Assembly (NCBI GenBank): GCA_030141605.1
Contig: JAQGDQ010002366.1
Coordinates: 566,660-630,659, forward strand
DNA from: Tubiluchus corallicola
Taxonomy: Eukaryota > Animalia > Priapulida
DNA length: 64,000 bases
Direction of reading: 5' to 3'
The stretch's first letter is position 1; every line of letters begins with the position of its first letter. Shown in pieces: positions 1 to 14,630 of this stretch. The notes below the pieces were generated by a model, which searched no databases, was not told the origin of the DNA, and saw only the letters and a list, made by a program, of their open reading frames with translations. The position numbers and the translations under genes are program-made.

Positions 1-399
1 TCAAATGATTCAAAAATTCAAAAAATGTTGTGAGCTTAGAATATGCAGCCAAGCCTGATATTTTTTGCGTGCTTTGCGTGCTATATCAGCTTCAGCGCCT
101 GCTAAAACTACATATACAACCAGTTCACACAGCACATACTGAATCTCTGTGAACTGCAATTACTTATGTATAATGATTATGGCAGTTCATCCACTTTATT
201 ACTTCCTGTTTTGCCAACAACGCCTTTTGAACACTTTCAACTGAGGATGACACAAGACAGGTGTTGAAACATTTTGCGATTTTCTTCTAATAATATGGAT
301 ATGTCCTATAGAATCCATCTATGTCTGAAATTTTTCAAAGTTAAATCTGTTGATGTTCACAATCACTGGCCAGCAGTTGGGCTTTTGTGCTTAACATAC

Positions 400-3300
400 C
401 ATCATATATAATTGTCTCAGCTCCGGGTACCATGACAGTTATGCTTTCACTCATTAATTCATCACCCACGGATTCGCCAGGTTTGATCTCATTGCCTTCA
501 GGATCACGTATCAAGCGATCACTTGACGTCATTTCACTTGTATCACGCTTCCTCCTTCTTGCGTCACATTCAGTCTGAAATAATGACATCATTAAAAATA
601 TCCGGAAAAGATGCTTGTCTAGCTTTATATTTTAGTGCAGGTGAATGTTAGTATTTGCTAATGAAGGATAATCGATCAAAAGTGATCTAATGTATTCACA
701 ATGACTATCAACAGATGGCGCAAGTTACTATGTTGCCTATATTTAAGGCGTAGTAACTTCGTGTTAATATATGTAACCGTCGAGCTATTTTTCTTTGTTT
801 TATTTCATTTTGTATTATTTTAGTCTAACACCTATTCATTGTTGCCGTTATTAACTTTACTATAACAGGAAAAAAAGAGCCGCATATAAATGCCTAACTA
901 GTTTCTGCATGGAAAAAAGTTCTTGGTGTTTGATCAGTTTTTTAGTTTAGCTACATCTAGTGATTACAAGAAGTAACGATTCGCTTAAAATGTATGTTAG
1001 GCGATCTGCTAAAAACATTTGTTCATTCTTGTTTAATAATGCTGCTCCGGTTTGGAATAGTTTACAAGAAATTGCAAATGATGCACCATTGATAAAAGCT
1101 CGAAATGCAAACCTTTTTAAACGGTGATTAAATTATGTCAATCCTAAAATGCTTTCTTAATATTTTCTAAAGAAGCGCTTGCTCTTTATGTCTCCCCTAA
1201 ACCGCCCCTCACTATTGTGTTGCTTCTTATGTGCATATGAATGTATTGCATGTTCTTATATAATGTATATGGTGTATGTATATGTATGTGTCTTAATGTA
1301 TATTGTTTATTTTTTATTTGGTGTATAATAAGCTTAATACTTGCAATATCTAAATCTTATTAGGGTGATTATATTGTTTGTTTTAATGGAAATGACATTT
1401 TAAAAGCCTGATTTTCAGCTGTCTCTGTTGATAATAAGATTTAAAATTTAGCGCCTTAAAATTTTGTCAAAATTAAGAATATTGCTACAGGCCCAAAATG
1501 TGTACTTACAGGATAACAATGATCAAAGCACACTCTACACTGACATGAGAAGTAGACATTTGTCACATCCGGGAACTTGAATGCTTTAAAATGCGCAAAC
1601 ATGTAAGTGTTGCCACGGCTGATTCCTGTTGATCGCTGGGAATGTCCAATGACTTTCTTGTGAGCTGGACAACTGCAAAAATAACAAGAAAATGATCAGA
1701 AGGCATTTTCTTTAATGATAATGCTTGTGGCGATGTTGTTAGTGCTGCTGCAGATGATAAAACGCTGAATCACAACAGGAGCAACAACAACAACAACAAC
1801 AACAACAGGTACCAGCTTATTAACTAAACTGTTAATGATGATAACAAGCTTTGCAGTGTTAATTTAATTGTTCCACATTGAAGTTTTTACCCATCTTCGT
1901 CAATAAGTTCGAGTCTAGACATTCCCATGCCATCATGAGCGTAACAGTCAAATACAGAAAGATCAAATATTCCACCTGCAAAATAACACCAACAGACTAA
2001 GTAAGTATCTCTGCGAAGACTCTCGATTACACTATCAGAACGAAAAATAGCCTGAGAAATCACACAATAAGAAATGACATAAGACAATATTTCAGACCAC
2101 AAGTGTAACACCGTTCTCCGGATAAAAATGAAAAAATTAAGAATGTTCCAAACGGCCCCTAAAATAACTATTTTTGTTAATAGTTTAAGAAATCTATTTT
2201 CTTAGTTGCATCAATCATTTGTGTCTGTTTTCTATTTTAAGACTGACTTGATATCTAGTCCGAGAAATTTACACAGACAGGCCTAATGCTGCAAGGACAA
2301 AGCATCTGTACTCCTCAAAAAAGATAATAATTTACCTTTTCTTTCGTAAATATAATTTAACCGCTTTACACTCGTTATAAATTTGTTATTCGTACCCTGG
2401 TTGTCAATCCAAAAAGCCATGGTTGCAATTTGTCCAAGATTGAGGACAGAAACGCCAGCAATGACAGGATTTCTTCCTTCCACAATTTTCATGTTACAGG
2501 AGCTGAATCTTATGGGTGTGGAAGTTACTTGGTTTGCGTCTACATCTCTGAAATTAAAATAGTGCATGAAATATCATTTTAAGTTTATTTGAGTCGTAAG
2601 TATGCCACTGTGCTAACATGCACTTCGCACGGAACACATAAGGCACTATAAAGATTTTCACATTTACATGATTTATATTTTACAGAATACTTTGACACAT
2701 TTGCTACTTACGGTACTTGAAGATTGTAGTTCAAGCTCTCAACCTGCGTTCCACCAAATCTACATGAAACTTCATAAGCCCTGTCACCCATCTCCAATAT
2801 TCCCCAAGCGAATTCACTCATTACGATGATTGTGTTGTTAAAATACGTTCGTGCATCGTAACCTTCTCCCTAGGAAACAAGGCAGTTTCGAAGTCTAGCG
2901 AGAATTATTGCAACATTATAAATGAATTAAGTAGTTTTTAACTGTAATTGAATGGTTTTATTTAATTCGTCGGTGACACAAGTTCTTGCAGCTTTTTAAA
3001 ATGGACGTAAAATAAATGTTTATCTTATCTTATCTTGTCTTATCTTGTCTTGTCTCGTCTCGTCTCGTCTCGTCTCGTCTCGTCTCGTCTCGTCTCGTCT
3101 CGTCTCGTCTTATCGTGTCGTGGTGGCGTGTCGTGTCGTGCCGTGCCGTGCCGTGCCGTGCCGTGCCGTGCCGTGCCGTGCCTTTTCTTTAACCACAACC
3201 AATTCTTTTCTTTAACTACAACCTTCTGTTGGAAACAGGTTAAATAACAATAAGGAATGTTAAAGTGTTGCACAGTGACAGCACTACAATAAGAAAGAAA

Positions 3301-6300
3301 ACAGAGAATGGAAAGTGAAACATAATTTTTATAATTTTTGATAAAAGTCGTCGATTCACCTACAGTATTGTTAGTGAGAATTACGTTAACTATTTTTAAT
3401 GATTTTGCATGGTTTTCACTTCGATTCAAATTAACTAAAATAGCTAAATTAACTAAATTCAAAGTAGCTTACAATGAACACTATACATAGACCTAACTTT
3501 TTCGTTTGCACGAATGTATGCACATATGATATTAGAAGATCTGCTACCATATTAATTATAGGTTGATTTTAATGTAAGGTACAATGCTGGTGGTCTCGTT
3601 ATGGTTAATTCGGGTAGTTTTCTTATAAATCACCGAGGGAACTATTGTTTTAGTAATTTTACATGACTAAGGGACCCGGAATAAAAAATTCCTTAAAGCT
3701 TTAACCTGTTTAACCAAGTTTATTTATTTTTAAGACACGGTAATATTTAATAGGTTTTCTTTATGCCTCTTATAGTATTTCCTTACATTTTGTGTGTGGT
3801 TTTCATAACGGGAATAAACTAATGAATTGATTATTTAATCCCAGGATACTTAATTAAACTTACGCTTCTGTCGGTGATGGTTCCACAACCATCTAAAGGC
3901 AAATCAACGGCCAACCGTCTCTGATTTCGGGCGGCAACGGTGCGGCAACCATCTGATTTATACTGGCCTTTAGCGTAGACCGCTCCTTCAAAGTTCCTCT
4001 CAAACGTGATGTCTACTGTCATGACATTATCGTCAAGCTTACAGAAAACCGCAATGTCTACAAGCGAAACAAATAGAATAATCATAATGTCTAGATTGAT
4101 TTACTGAATTTTAGTACAAAACTTTGAAAGAAAAGAAATATGAAAGGTTGGAATAAAGATTTGAACCAGGGACCTTCTGCTTAGTGATCTAAGGTGTCTG
4201 CCTTGTAAATAGAAGGCCCCTGTTTTAAACCCAACTTTTTCACATTTCCTGCCTTTCAAGTTTGATATTAAAATTTAATTAATTGTATACAACAAATTTG
4301 TATACAACAAAAAACATCAGTTAAACAAGCAGTTTGGTTAAGGAAACTATACGAATGACAGCCAAAAAATAAAGTTTGTCGCCTCTTTCAGTTCTGTCTT
4401 CTTTATTCTACTATATTTTTAATTTCCAATAATCCGCAAAAATATTTGTTCCTAATTTCGTGTTTGGTAACTTTCAGCATTTTACTGAAATAAATCATGT
4501 CTCATTCATGGAGACAATCCGAGAAGCTGGAAATTCAATAAAACACTTACCTAAAACATTGTTCATTGGTACGGGCATAGGAAGGTAGTCTTCTGGGCGT
4601 CTGACAGGTTCCGGGGGTCGTTCTCCTACCCTGTACGTCGGCGTTTGACCTTTTGCATACGCAGCCTAAAACACGATTAAATCACAGTACAAAATCATTT
4701 CAAAGCTTTTGTACGCTATGTTATTGATAGCGAAGTTCAAATAAGTATTCGACTTTAGTTATAATGCGTTTATTATGCGCAAAGCTCCATGGTCTATTTT
4801 TTCTCCCTCAACGAATATAAATTACTGCACGACATCAAAATATGGCACCTTATTTTTTGTAACTCAAAGCTTTGAACTTTTCTAAAACTTTTGAAAATCT
4901 TTAAAACTTTCACATTATTTATTTCTACTATTGCCAGTTTATCAATTCTAGCAACATAAAGTTGGGTGTTGTTCATAAACTGTCAGATAATAATTAACAA
5001 TTTTGCGCAATTATAATGCTATACTGCTCACGATGTGCGTAAAATTTAAAGTTAATTTATGCCTAAAGTTTCATTACACCATTCGTTAGTAAATTGATTT
5101 CCTGGTATATAACCGAAATAGGTCAACATTGAACGCCTACATGGCGCAAGACAAAATTACAGTAATTGATATTCGTGTCATGATTCGAAAACAAAAATAT
5201 AGCCACATAAAAATGTACAAGCCATAAAATTATTTACAGTTGACTATTATTGTATATTTTATTTTACAGACAGGTTTTATGTTAAAAACTGCTTTGTAAC
5301 TTTTCTCTTTCTCTTTCTCTCCCTCTCGCTTCCTTCTCTTTTGCCCTCTCTTTGTCTCTTTCTCTTTCTCTGCCCAACTGTCTATCCATCTGTCTGTCTA
5401 TCTGTATCACTCACTCTCTCTAAATATTTATTTTAAAACTTGCGCCACGTAGTTCTTGCAATAAGAACTAATTAAGGCTTTTCACTCAAGTAAGGTTTGT
5501 TGAACAGGCTTTGGATACAAACAATAATTCCACATCGCATTATCGAATTATTGCACGTATTTTGAACGATTGTTCTGTGTCACATTTGTGATGTTTTTGA
5601 ATTCATACTTGTACCGATAACCAATACAATTTTTGAAAATGAAGAACGGCAACGGCAACAACAATAACAGTAACACCAAACACTATTTGCATATTTAAGC
5701 CACTACCAACAACAACAACAGCAATAGTAAGAATGACTATTACAATAACGATAATAACTATCCACAACACTTGCAACAACAACTTCAGTTGAAACAACAA
5801 CAATTTGATATAGCGTAATGGAAATATTGGATTCTGTGTTGATTTTAAAGAAAGGTTACGCTTCTGTCGGGGATCTGATTTCAATCTCTTTAACTGTAAG
5901 TGTGGTACTGTCAAAAAATTATTACTGCTGACTATGACCTAAATCAGTAAAAAATAAAAAATATCTGAAATGTCTATTAGCGCATAAAAGTGAGGAATAT
6001 GTAATAGAAAAGCAATTGCAAAAATCGAGCCGTAAACAAAGTTACACATTCATAATAAACTTTTTAAATTCTTTATAACAAGAGCAATATCTATATCAGT
6101 CTCATAAGCAACACACGATATGGTATTAATACATTTTATTACGTTTTTATTAAGAAAATCCAAAGTTTTTATTTGCACCTTAAAACTGCTAATATACAGT
6201 GAATCGCTGGATTTTTCTAATTAAAATGAATACACATTCATAAGTATAAAATTGTATAATAAATGACAACTACAGTATGCAAATCGTTAAAAACAATAAC

Positions 6301-9300
6301 TAGACTATTGTTATACATTGTAGCTTATATAGTAGAGTTAGAAGGCTGTTTACCAGTTGTCTGTGTATAACAATGCACACTTCCCTCCCGAAGAAGAGAA
6401 GAATTATTTGCATGCGAAATTCGTGACCGCATTTTTATTTAATTGTGGGTTGGCTATAAACAGACGCCGCCTGCGCTTTATGTACAGCAACAAAGCTTTC
6501 TTGACGAACACGTTTTTTCAAACATGTTACTGTTGCAAAAATTAGTGAAAAGAATTGTCTTGCTGTTTCATTTGCTGACCTTGTACTTTAACTGTTTTGA
6601 ATGTTTAGAAGAGGTAAAGCTTTCAAATCCGCTAATTACAAACGACCAGATTTTGTACAAATCCTTAAACAAAAAAGAATGGTTTCTGCTGCTAAACCAA
6701 GTATGAGATGACGTCAATCTGCTTATCAAGCAACTAATTAAACACTTTTAACTTGTTAGTTTGGTAAAATTTACAACGGGGAATTATTGGCCCGAATCTG
6801 ACTGACAACTATTAAAAAGATAAACAAGTTAAACAAGCGTACTATTAAGTAGAACAGCAAGTATATAAGGCTTAATTACATTAACAACTACATTAGTATT
6901 TCTCTTATACGTTTCAGTAAAACCAAGCTTAGAAATCAGTTTCAATGTAGGTATGGCTAGGGCGTTTAATGAATTTTAAACTTATAATATTCTGCGTCTA
7001 AATAATAATACAATGGAAAAACAACGAATGTTTTATAATATATATGTAACTAATGCCTAACTGTAAATTTGTAGTACAAAATTATAGTACGAGTATTATT
7101 CCATTTTTTTCAATTTTAGTTAGAAACCCCAACTCAACGTTTTTGCTATGCATGTGAAGATTAGTTTCCTAACTCATTAGTCAGCCTAGGGGTACGGAAT
7201 AAAAAATACTTAGATACGGCAAAAAACTTTCACTTAAACCACACTGGTGTAGTGGTGCGTGCTGTCGAGACAAATTATTATTGATGAACAGATAATTATT
7301 TCTTCTTGTTGGTAAGTGGGTCAAGTTTCTTATGTACTTGCCATTGAAACAGTGAGTAAGATGACGTTGGTCTATTAACATAATTATAGCCTCACGCATG
7401 GTATTACTAACTCCGCGCGCTGCATTTATTACAATAACATGAATTAATAAAATTTTGGTGTCATTATGCTGGCTGTTACACAAGGCAGTTTCGTTAATGT
7501 AAAACATTTTTTAATTGGGCAAATTATTTTTTCGTGCACAGCTTGAATAATTTTACGTTTTAATAGTTTAAACAAGACACTAACGATGTCTGCTAGTATT
7601 ACAAAAGTACGTAAATAGTTTTAACTGTAGGATACAAAAGTAGGATATAAAAAGTTTTAACGGATGTCAAAAACGATTGAAAAATCTATGTTTGAAGAGC
7701 AGCAAATACGTTCGAGTACTTTAAATTTCTAATAATATAGTGATAATCATTGTAACTGTCATTACTAATGGCTCGAATCGTCTAACCTGTCAAACGCATG
7801 ACTTATTTCTCGTCAATTTTGCGCAATATACACTTTTGTTACGCTTACATATGGCGTTTGTATGTAAGCCATGACTCCCCCATGAACAGTATCGTTCACA
7901 TGCTGACACTGTTTTTATCACATTCGTTATTTTGTCTTATAACTATTTTGTTTGTACAATTATGATTGTAAATTTTTTCTTTTTTTCGAAACATGACGGT
8001 CAATCACGTTGTTTGCTGAGTGCAGACAATGGTTTCGGGAGAAAATGTCATTATCAAAGCTAGAAATTAATCTAAAAAATAATCAATACATTTATGTCGC
8101 TGCAACTACAAAGGCCCAAAAACCATTATAAAAAAATCAAAAGAGTGAAATTTAAATATGCTTGGGTAGTTGCAGTGTCATAAATTTACTGGCTACTTCT
8201 TACGGCTTAATTTTTAGCATTTACAACGGTATTTTTTGCTGAAGCGATGGTTTGCACTGAAAAAACAGTATGATTCCCAGATTCATAGAAACTGGTTCTC
8301 TCATGTATCGCCTGCCACAATTTTGGCAATGATTCTTTTTTTGCCACAAGCACTAGTAATTATACCAATGTTTGCATTCATTTCTTGTTGCAGTAAGGTC
8401 TCTAAACTTCACAATGGCAACTCAATAACAAAACACTAAAACTGAAGAAATGCTCAGACCTGTAACTGTAAATGAGAATGGGAGCTTGCAGTTCATCTGA
8501 GCAATACAACATGACTGAACTATATACAGTTTATAATGACAATGGTCTAATAACTAGCGATATTCTATACTTTAGTGCTTCACTGTTGTGTGCGTTGGTC
8601 AAAATGTATGCCAAATATTTCGGACCGCATTCGGTGGAAAATAGGCCGTAATTACGTTTTTAACTTCATAGACAATTGAATGGTAGGAAAGCATGGCATT
8701 ACCTCAGACCGTTAAACTCACAACCTGTTATTTGTGTTGTGCCTATTGATACTTCGAGACAAAATACAAAATATCTGTCATTACTGACCTGCAGCTAATA
8801 TAAGTTTTACACTATAGGACACTTATTTCACGCTTCTACGCTTGCGCGCATCACATGACAGAGTCGGGAAACTATGTAATTCAGTTTCAATTACTTGATA
8901 GCAAACTAATTTCTGTATACAATATACAAAATGCTTGTAATTACTGACCTGCAGCTAATATAAGTTTTAAATGCACCTTGCACATTTAAAAGTAATCGGA
9001 AATGATTTTATTTGAATCTGTTGCAGGTTCGACTGATTATGTTCCAAAGCAGAACAGGACGTTTCTTGCATTTTAAATAATTAGTTAGTTTATCAATTAA
9101 AAATTAAATTTTTTAAATTCCATTATTGCTCAACCACAAAATTTAGCAGGCAAGTAACACTTATATAACTGATGGAAAATTTTGTTTTAATTAAAGATGC
9201 ACAAATTATTGCGTGCTGCACATAAAGAATTAGTGCCACCCCATGGCCTGCAGACGTACAATATCACTATATTTCATTAAAGTCAGTTTTATTTCGTCAA

Positions 9301-12300
9301 AGATTTATTTGCTAGTAAAAATGTGCACTGCTATTTGTCACTTTCATCTCTTTTAATAAATAAACACTAGAGTCTACAAAAACAGAATTATGTCTAAATA
9401 ATTGATATTCTTGGAACGTAATGTCAGAGATTCTCAAAGTGTAAAGAATGCGAAATTACAATATAATTTAGGTAGCAACAAAACTATTTTTGCTTTTAAG
9501 TAGGCTAGAGAAAATGTGCTTCTTTACCGACAGGCTTTAAAATGGTCCGGTCTACATTCCTGCTGGTAAACAATTAGCCTTAGGCGTATTATTTTCTCTC
9601 ATTACTAGCAAAATGCGATGACCTGAAATTGGTCACTCTCGCTTAAAATTGTCCAAACTATACAAAATACTAAGATCGAAAGTGAAGAGACCGACGACGG
9701 CAGTTCATCAATTGTGGAAATGCCAACTTTTTACTCAGCCCATAGATCTTACAACGTAGGTCCGCTTTTAGTAACTGCAATCTGGTGGATTTTTTTGTGA
9801 GCCCAATAATTCTTAGTAATTTTTTTAACCGTTGAAGCTGTCATTGTCGTCGTCATTCTTAAACTAAATTTAGTTTTTTTAATTTATTAGCATTTATTAG
9901 TAAACTTTTTGGTGAGTTACTGAAAATTAACTTTTTTGCTCATCAAAACAGGAATTTTTGTAAAAATTACTCAATAAATTCGTTTTTCAGACAGCCAATT
10001 TTATTAAGATAACAAACACGTAATGTGCAAAAATTACTCCTCTCCAATGAAAAGCAAATGGTTTTGCAGGCAAATCTCAGGAAGACAGGATGATTTTTCT
10101 TATGCTACCCCATTTCAAGTCCGACAAAAAGTATACATTTTAAAACAATTAACGCGTTTTAGATAATTAAATAATAGATTAAAATCTTAACTAACTATTG
10201 ATGACATCGTAAACGAACATAATTTTCAATAGCAAAAATATTCCGCGAGCGTGATGCACGTATTTGCAAAAGCGAAAATTGAAGTACAGTGTTACTGTAA
10301 GATATTCAGGGTTGTACTAAAACTAACCATGTTCTAGATAACTATTTTAAGACGAAAATTCAAATTTACCGCTGTACTCACGCATGAGCAGTCGAACGTG
10401 TGTAATTCGTCACAAACTAACACATCTGAATTGAGAGGTACAGCACCTGTTTTTGTGCAATGTGTTTCCGAAATGCAAGCGCTAGTGCCTGTCTAACTAG
10501 AGAATTGCGAAATGCATGTAACAGCGAAGAACTAGGGGCGCGAACGCGTAATTGTGTTTGTGTGATAATAATTCTTTCAAGTAAATCACTTTTGAAAAAA
10601 TAGTTTGTTTCCTGTCAATATCTTAAAGATTAGGTTGTTTTGACCTACAGTCTAAGATTGGGTGCGGTTTTCCTTTAAATCGCAAAAGAAGCCTTTGTGT
10701 TCGTGCTCATGAGTGCTACAGTTTGAGGAGAAACATGCCAATTTCTTGCCAATTTACCCAAGCTTATTAAAATCTAGGGTTGTTTCCATTAAAGATAAAT
10801 TACCTACTTTCTTATGTCCCAGCAGGCTACCTTGACAAAATTTCTAGAAATTTTAAAATATGAAATTCCAGTTAAAGTTGACAATTAGAAAGTACCTTTT
10901 CAATCTCGCCCTACTTCCCATAGTATTACTGACTATTTTTCTGGTCAAATGTGTGCTCGAAGTTTAATTATTGTAGTCTACGCTAGAGATAACCATGATT
11001 TCTGTTATCAAAAAACTGACTATTATGTAACAGTTCCTTCTTAATGTGTAAAACAGTTATAGCGTTACTTTAACACAACTTCCTAACACGTTGTAGTTTT
11101 TTACTGATCGTTCTACATGTATGCTTACATAACATTTTATTGTTTACTGTATATTTCGGATGTCCACAATTATATCAACTTACCGTAAGTCTGTAAGCAG
11201 AAAGTCTGTGTAAATTTTAGGATTAAAAAACTCGTGTCTTTCTTATAAAGGCGCCAGTGGCTATTCGGGAGCTGACATACTTGAATTTTTATCTGTCAGT
11301 ACTATTTTTGTTGTTTAAAAAAATTATCTTTTCATAACTTAACCAAAATAGCAAATTTTGCTTTAACATTCGATGACTAAAATATCGCCATTTGGCACAG
11401 ATAACTCCGTAAGGTATATAAGCTTTTCTGCCATAGAAAGTTTTATGCTAAAGGTTCAAACACTTTATTGTTATATAACTAAAATTCATAGTCACTGGAA
11501 AAGTTCGACGCCGTAAAGTCGTTAACAGTTTTAACAAATCTTCAAAATACTTTGCGAATGAAAAGAAACTTGGTCTGTTGCGAAACTCGGTTCATACCTT
11601 TTGTAACACTTCATAAAGAATTTAACTAGCAACGTTATGCTCTGACCACTATGTCAGTAAGGTCAGCAGTAGTAAAATCAGTATGTTATACTGATCGGGG
11701 GGGGGGGGGTTTAGAAAAGCCGTTTTCATTATCGGTGTTGCAATAATAATGGTAACCAATAATGGTTGCTTGCAGATAATTAAAAACTCTACTGTTGCAA
11801 AGTCATTAAATTTTTATTATCACCATTGCTTCGAGTTGAAACTGTATTGAGGTCACGATCACACCATAGGAGAGCTGCAGTGCAAAAGCATATCAGAATT
11901 GACATTTACGTCACCTCGCTAAGGTATATACTGTAGTTTTAAAAGCTTTGTGGTAGTTTTATCAATTTACATTAGCTCTATTTCCGACGTGATTACGCAA
12001 CAAGGAAGAAGCTACACCCGATCTAGAAAATGCAGCATGTTGCGACTATTTCTGGAAACATGTTGGAAATAATGGTAATAATTCTATGCCTTTGAATGTA
12101 CGTCTTCCAACTAATAATAGAAAAATAGTGGCTTATACTATGCAAGAGCAGTAACATTTCCTTATTTTCAGCTACGTAACTAGAAGAAAATAGCATCGTA
12201 ACCCTTGTGTAGGACTGGCTTTTGATTAGAACTCACAGATGGTGTGCGGCAAGGATCGTCGATTGAACCCACGTTATTTCAAGTTTATATAAAATGCTTA

Positions 12301-12823
12301 TAAGCAAACGAAACCTAACTAATTAAGTAGATGAAAAACTCATGGCAGGCCTAGAAACGAAACCGAGTTTTAAAGCTGTCTTATAACTCAGAAGTCAATT
12401 AACGCCATTAACTGCTTTAAAAAATCTTAAAAAGATGAGTTCATGAAGACAGGTATGACGATATAATGCTGATAATTTCAGTCGATGTTAATAAACAGCC
12501 TTAACAAGATATGTAAAATCTAATATTTAATATTTACGATTGTCAGTAGTACAGTCCAAACTTTTGCAATACAAATTGCTTTTCGCCACACAAACAGTCA
12601 AACAAATAGTACCCTGTATACCTAAAGCATTCAAAATATCTAACAGGGTTGAAAAAACAATATGTTAAGTCAGCATTCAGGTACGTCACTAGTTCACCCA
12701 CGTATTGTATTACATGATACCAATTTTAACTGTAGTCCTCTTCACAATCTTTACATTAAATTACAAGTATAAAAATCTGACACTCACCAAACACAGCAAC
12801 CACAATGCCGTTATCCTGTTCAT
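400..12823 (-). CDS. Cuticlin-like ZP-domain secreted/membrane matrix protein; 3' end lies beyond the window start
   Basis: Phase-consistent GT-AG exons: 12823-12788 (MNRITALWLLCL, signal peptide), 4665-4551, 4057-3864 (VFCKLDDNVMTVDITFERNFEGAVYAKG..C), 2869-2712, 2547-2396, 1975-1891 (FDCYAHDG..LIDEDG), 1672-1510 (CP..FAHFKAFKFPDVTNVYFSCQCRVC), 574-400 (furin site RRRKR). The cysteine pattern and AFKFP motif are typical of ecdysozoan ZP/cuticlin proteins. Confidence 0.9.
850..1440 (+). mobile_element. Degenerate 3' remnant of a non-LTR retrotransposon in a ZP intron
   Basis: 1033-1065 translates FNNAAPVWNSL, followed by an 'FKR.LK'-like motif near 1115, as at the end of CR1/L2-type ORF2. 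Confidence 0.4.
3021..3182. repeat. Compound pentanucleotide microsatellite (TCTTA/TCTTG/TCTCG/TGTCG/TGCCG)n
   Basis: Directly visible. Confidence 0.95.
4108..4275. mobile_element. Foldback/MITE-like element with long imperfect inverted repeats and a tRNA-like core
   Basis: Arms 4108-4151 and 4231-4275 are complementary, as are the inner cagggaccttct/agaaggcccctg. Confidence 0.45.
12190..12300 (+). mobile_element. LINE reverse-transcriptase fragment
   Basis: 12241-12291 translates GVRQGSSIEPTLFQVYI, matching the RT GVxQGxxLxPxLFxxYI motif. Confidence 0.6.
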
Positions 12824-13299
12824 TCTGGAAACAAAGTTCTGTATAATTATTATTAGTTTTACGTGTTATTAAGCAGTATTATTGCCTATGTCCAAATCAA
12901 TGCAAAAATCAATGTTCGCTGATAATAATTAGTGGGCAGTCTGTAAAAAGTTGTAAAGTTTGTTAGAATGACGTATTGTTCGTGTGGAAAGCAATGCGGT
13001 GCGGTAAAATTTATTCCTGCGGTTCGGTTCTCACGTACAAGAGTAAAACAATTGGTTTCATTTGTATTCAACAAAAATAATAATATACTGGAGATATTTT
13101 CGATCTTAGGCAATATTCTTGTGCCAACAAACGCTTCTCTGAAGGAGATAGCAGAAAATGGGGATATTTCCGATATTTCCCTTGTTGCAATTTCACTCGT
13201 TTTCATTTCTGACTGTTGCAAATGATGGACTATTGACAGTTATGTCAATCTTTCATTATAGTAATTAAGTATTATTTATTTAACAGTATGGGTTAAATA

Positions 13300-13950
13300 A
13301 TCTCGGAATTCAAATTTCGTACTCGAGATTTTCCATTGAACAGCTTCAGTTCACAAGATGTATAGTCAGGAATTCTCCATGCATTGAATAACTTCCTAGC
13401 AGTCTCTACTCTTTGAAAGTAGTTTATTTGTGAACGTCTGGGTATTGTAGTTCATCTTAAGTCTCAATACTGAAAGACTGGCTCATGTTTGGTTCGTTCT
13501 TTTGAAAGTGTCTGGTCCTTTCCATTGTGGTGCCAGCCATGCAGTCATCTGTTTTTAGGATTGAGAGTTTTTTTACAATGGTTGTTTTGCGCAGTTAGGC
13601 ACTTGAGTTTGGTGTGTGTACTCAACAGCTAAAGGATTTAGCGTGCAGTAACTTAGAGTAGGGAGGCATAAAAGCTCGATAGATGAAGTGATTAGAGTAT
13701 TTTGACAGAGTAGACTTAAGTGTTCAGGGTACTGACTAATTTAAATATCCAACACACGGAATAGTTTTGGTTCTTAAACTGAGTAACATGATGCTCGTAT
13801 AAGAAGATTAAGTGCAGAAAGTGAAAGCATGTGTGCATATGAAAGTGAATGCATATACAGATTAAGTAGCACTGATTCTTAGATAAGAAAATTTAGATAC
13901 CCTTAGGAATTTACAGGTCTAACTGCATGTTTTGGACGAACAGTTTCACT
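13300..13950 (-). mobile_element. Degenerate CR1/L2-like LINE remnant
   Basis: Minus-strand decayed motifs YRAFMPP..YC (about 13680-13645) and RKLFNAW (about 13398-13378), resembling the ORF2 C-terminus. Confidence 0.4.
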
Positions 13951-14514
13951 GCTCATGTGGGATTCCCACACTGAATAATTTAAACGCTAAAATCCAGCAC
14001 TCGGGAGAGCTGCAGCTAGATTGTAATTATGTGTAGATTAATTGGCTTGAGTAGCAGAGTAATCAAAGCGTTTGGTCTGCTGAACATAGTGGAAATAGGC
14101 ATAGTAGCTTTCTGATTCTTCTTAATAAACTCTTTTATTAAGCAGTCAGAAAGTGGATAAGACTTTGCAAGCTTGTCAGTTTAATTATGCAACAAGATAA
14201 ACAGTTACAGAGGCCCAAATACCGGTTTGGAATAATTTGCTGTTTCAGTAGGCCTACACCCACGAATATTGGGAACATAGCAAAAACATTAATTGTAATT
14301 ATGTCCACAAAAGTAGTTCAAAACATAGTAACAATAGTAAAGTGTTAATAACATTTTTTCTTAATTACATTTAAACAGATAAAGCAAATTTTCAAATAAG
14401 TTTCAAATATTCTAGATTAAAAATACTTTTAAAATAAAGAACGATTTTTCTTTAATTGTGCTTTATTAATTAACCTTTCAATCATCGCTTATATTAGTAA
14501 AATGGAATAATTAC

Positions 14515-14630
14515 CTTCAGATTTTAGTCCACCGTCATATAGCACAAAATCACAGAAAATTGACACCACGGTTGTCCGCGAAGTGTTTGCAATGTCATTC
14601 ATTTTCTACCGACAGCTTGCTTTATATATA
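14515..14630 (-). promoter_or_regulatory. Putative TATA core promoter and non-coding first exon of the ZP gene
   Basis: Minus-strand TATATATAAA at 14630-14621, an initiator-like GACATT about 30 nt downstream, and donor AAG|GTAATT at 14515/14514 that could join the TTCCAG acceptor at 12825, 1 nt before the ATG. Confidence 0.45.

Noticed and set aside
3035-3462. ORFs with repetitive RDETR/HGTAR peptides
   Set aside because: Translations of the pentanucleotide microsatellite.
14221-14229. Grainyhead-like site ACCGGTTT near the ZP promoter
   Set aside because: A single short motif, expected by chance; no conservation data.
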